This document shows, one piece after another, positions 41,599-42,114 of a stretch of DNA of 42,114 nt. The translations under genes and the position numbers were made by a program. The first letter of the stretch is position 1. Each line of letters opens with the position of its first letter. Below the pieces are notes generated by a model. The model saw nothing but the letters and a program-made list of their open reading frames with translations, searched no databases and was not told the DNA's origin. This DNA comes from a virus (Duplodnaviria; Heunggongvirae; Uroviricota; Caudoviricetes): IMG/VR virus record IMGVR_UViG_2875703104_000005; one strand, written 5' to 3'.

Positions 41599-42114
41599 TT
41601 AGCTCTTTTCAGGACATTTCGTATTTGGCTGAATACGCGTTTCGTTATACGTCGTGGTAATAACAACGGCTAAACCTGTCGTAAACTGGCACTCTTTACC
41701 CACCTGGGTGGAGGTATACACTTTGGTGCCTTCCTTATACGTTAGAGAAACACCTTCCACTAAGGTTTTATCATTCACCATAGAACCCGCTGCCGCGCCA
41801 ACAGCTCCGCCGCCAACTGCACCTGCCGTCGTTCCGGAATTGCTGCCAGACCCCACGTTGTGGCCGATTACACCGCCAGCGACTGCACCAATAAGCGCGC
41901 CGAAGGCTTGTGCATTTCGTTTATTTTGGGCGTTGTCTACGGCAACTTTTGCGGGAAGAATGGAAATAATATTAACGGTTTTAGTTTCTTGTTTGGTATT
42001 CAGTTGATCGGTTTGATAAACATCGGCGGCATGATCATCAGCATTTGACTGGCATCCTGCCAGAGTGAATGACGCTAACATTGCCACAGGCAGAAGACAT
42101 TTTTTAAATTTCAT
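41599..42114 (-). CDS. Glycine-zipper outer-membrane lipoprotein, probably host (YfgH-like?)
   Basis: 171 aa; lipobox LAGC and a Gly-zipper segment (GALIGAVAGGVIGHNVGSGS ... GGGAVGAAAG). Start codon is at the window end. Confidence 0.5.
   Translation of the reverse strand: MKFKKCLLPVAMLASFTLAGCQSNADDHAADVYQTDQLNTKQETKTVNIISILPAKVAVDNAQNKRNAQAFGALIGAVAGGVIGHNVGSGSNSGTTAGAVGGGAVGAAAGSMVNDKTLVEGVSLTYKEGTKVYTSTQVGKECQFTTGLAVVITTTYNETRIQPNTKCPEKS

Noticed and set aside
1-42114. CRISPR arrays, rRNA genes or insertion sequences
   Set aside because: No short direct repeat-spacer arrays, no rRNA-like conserved stretches, and no transposase ORF with terminal inverted repeats were seen; the only RNA gene found is the tRNA-Arg.

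Overview
The window is almost entirely one integrated temperate prophage (about 1-40965) followed by two probable host genes on the minus strand (41044-42114). All calls are from reading the sequence and ORF track; no database search was run. Layout, left to right: tyrosine integrase; a minus-strand early operon (MT-A70-type adenine methyltransferase, AlpA-like regulator, RecT/Red-beta-like annealing protein, PD-(D/E)XK exonuclease); divergent CI-like repressor and Cro-like genes; lambda O/P-like replication genes; a nin-like region of small genes with a recent tandem duplication; terminase small and large subunits; an antisense insert carrying a moron and a phage-borne tRNA-Arg(UCU); a podovirus-type structural module (portal, scaffold, capsid, tail and large internal proteins); a low-GC accessory island with three anti-repressor paralogs; a tailspike with a C-terminal self-cleaving chaperone domain; and a lysis cassette (GH19 endolysin, Rz with embedded Rz1). 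The most interesting signals are: (1) a 17-bp palindrome ATTACC-N5-GGTAAT at 11 intergenic sites plus 2 degenerate ones, including three adjacent sites between the repressor and Cro-like genes, which looks like a global operator; (2) a repressor without a LexA-like autocleavage domain, paired with a small anti-repressor-like gene sitting directly behind a consensus LexA box; (3) an inverted duplication of an anti-repressor leader plus C-terminal domain, with swapped N-terminal domains and compensatory changes in a leader terminator hairpin; (4) the 14-mer TGTGACATGTCACG three times, next to terminators at module boundaries; (5) low-GC moron cassettes of unknown function that are candidates for an undescribed exclusion or conversion function.
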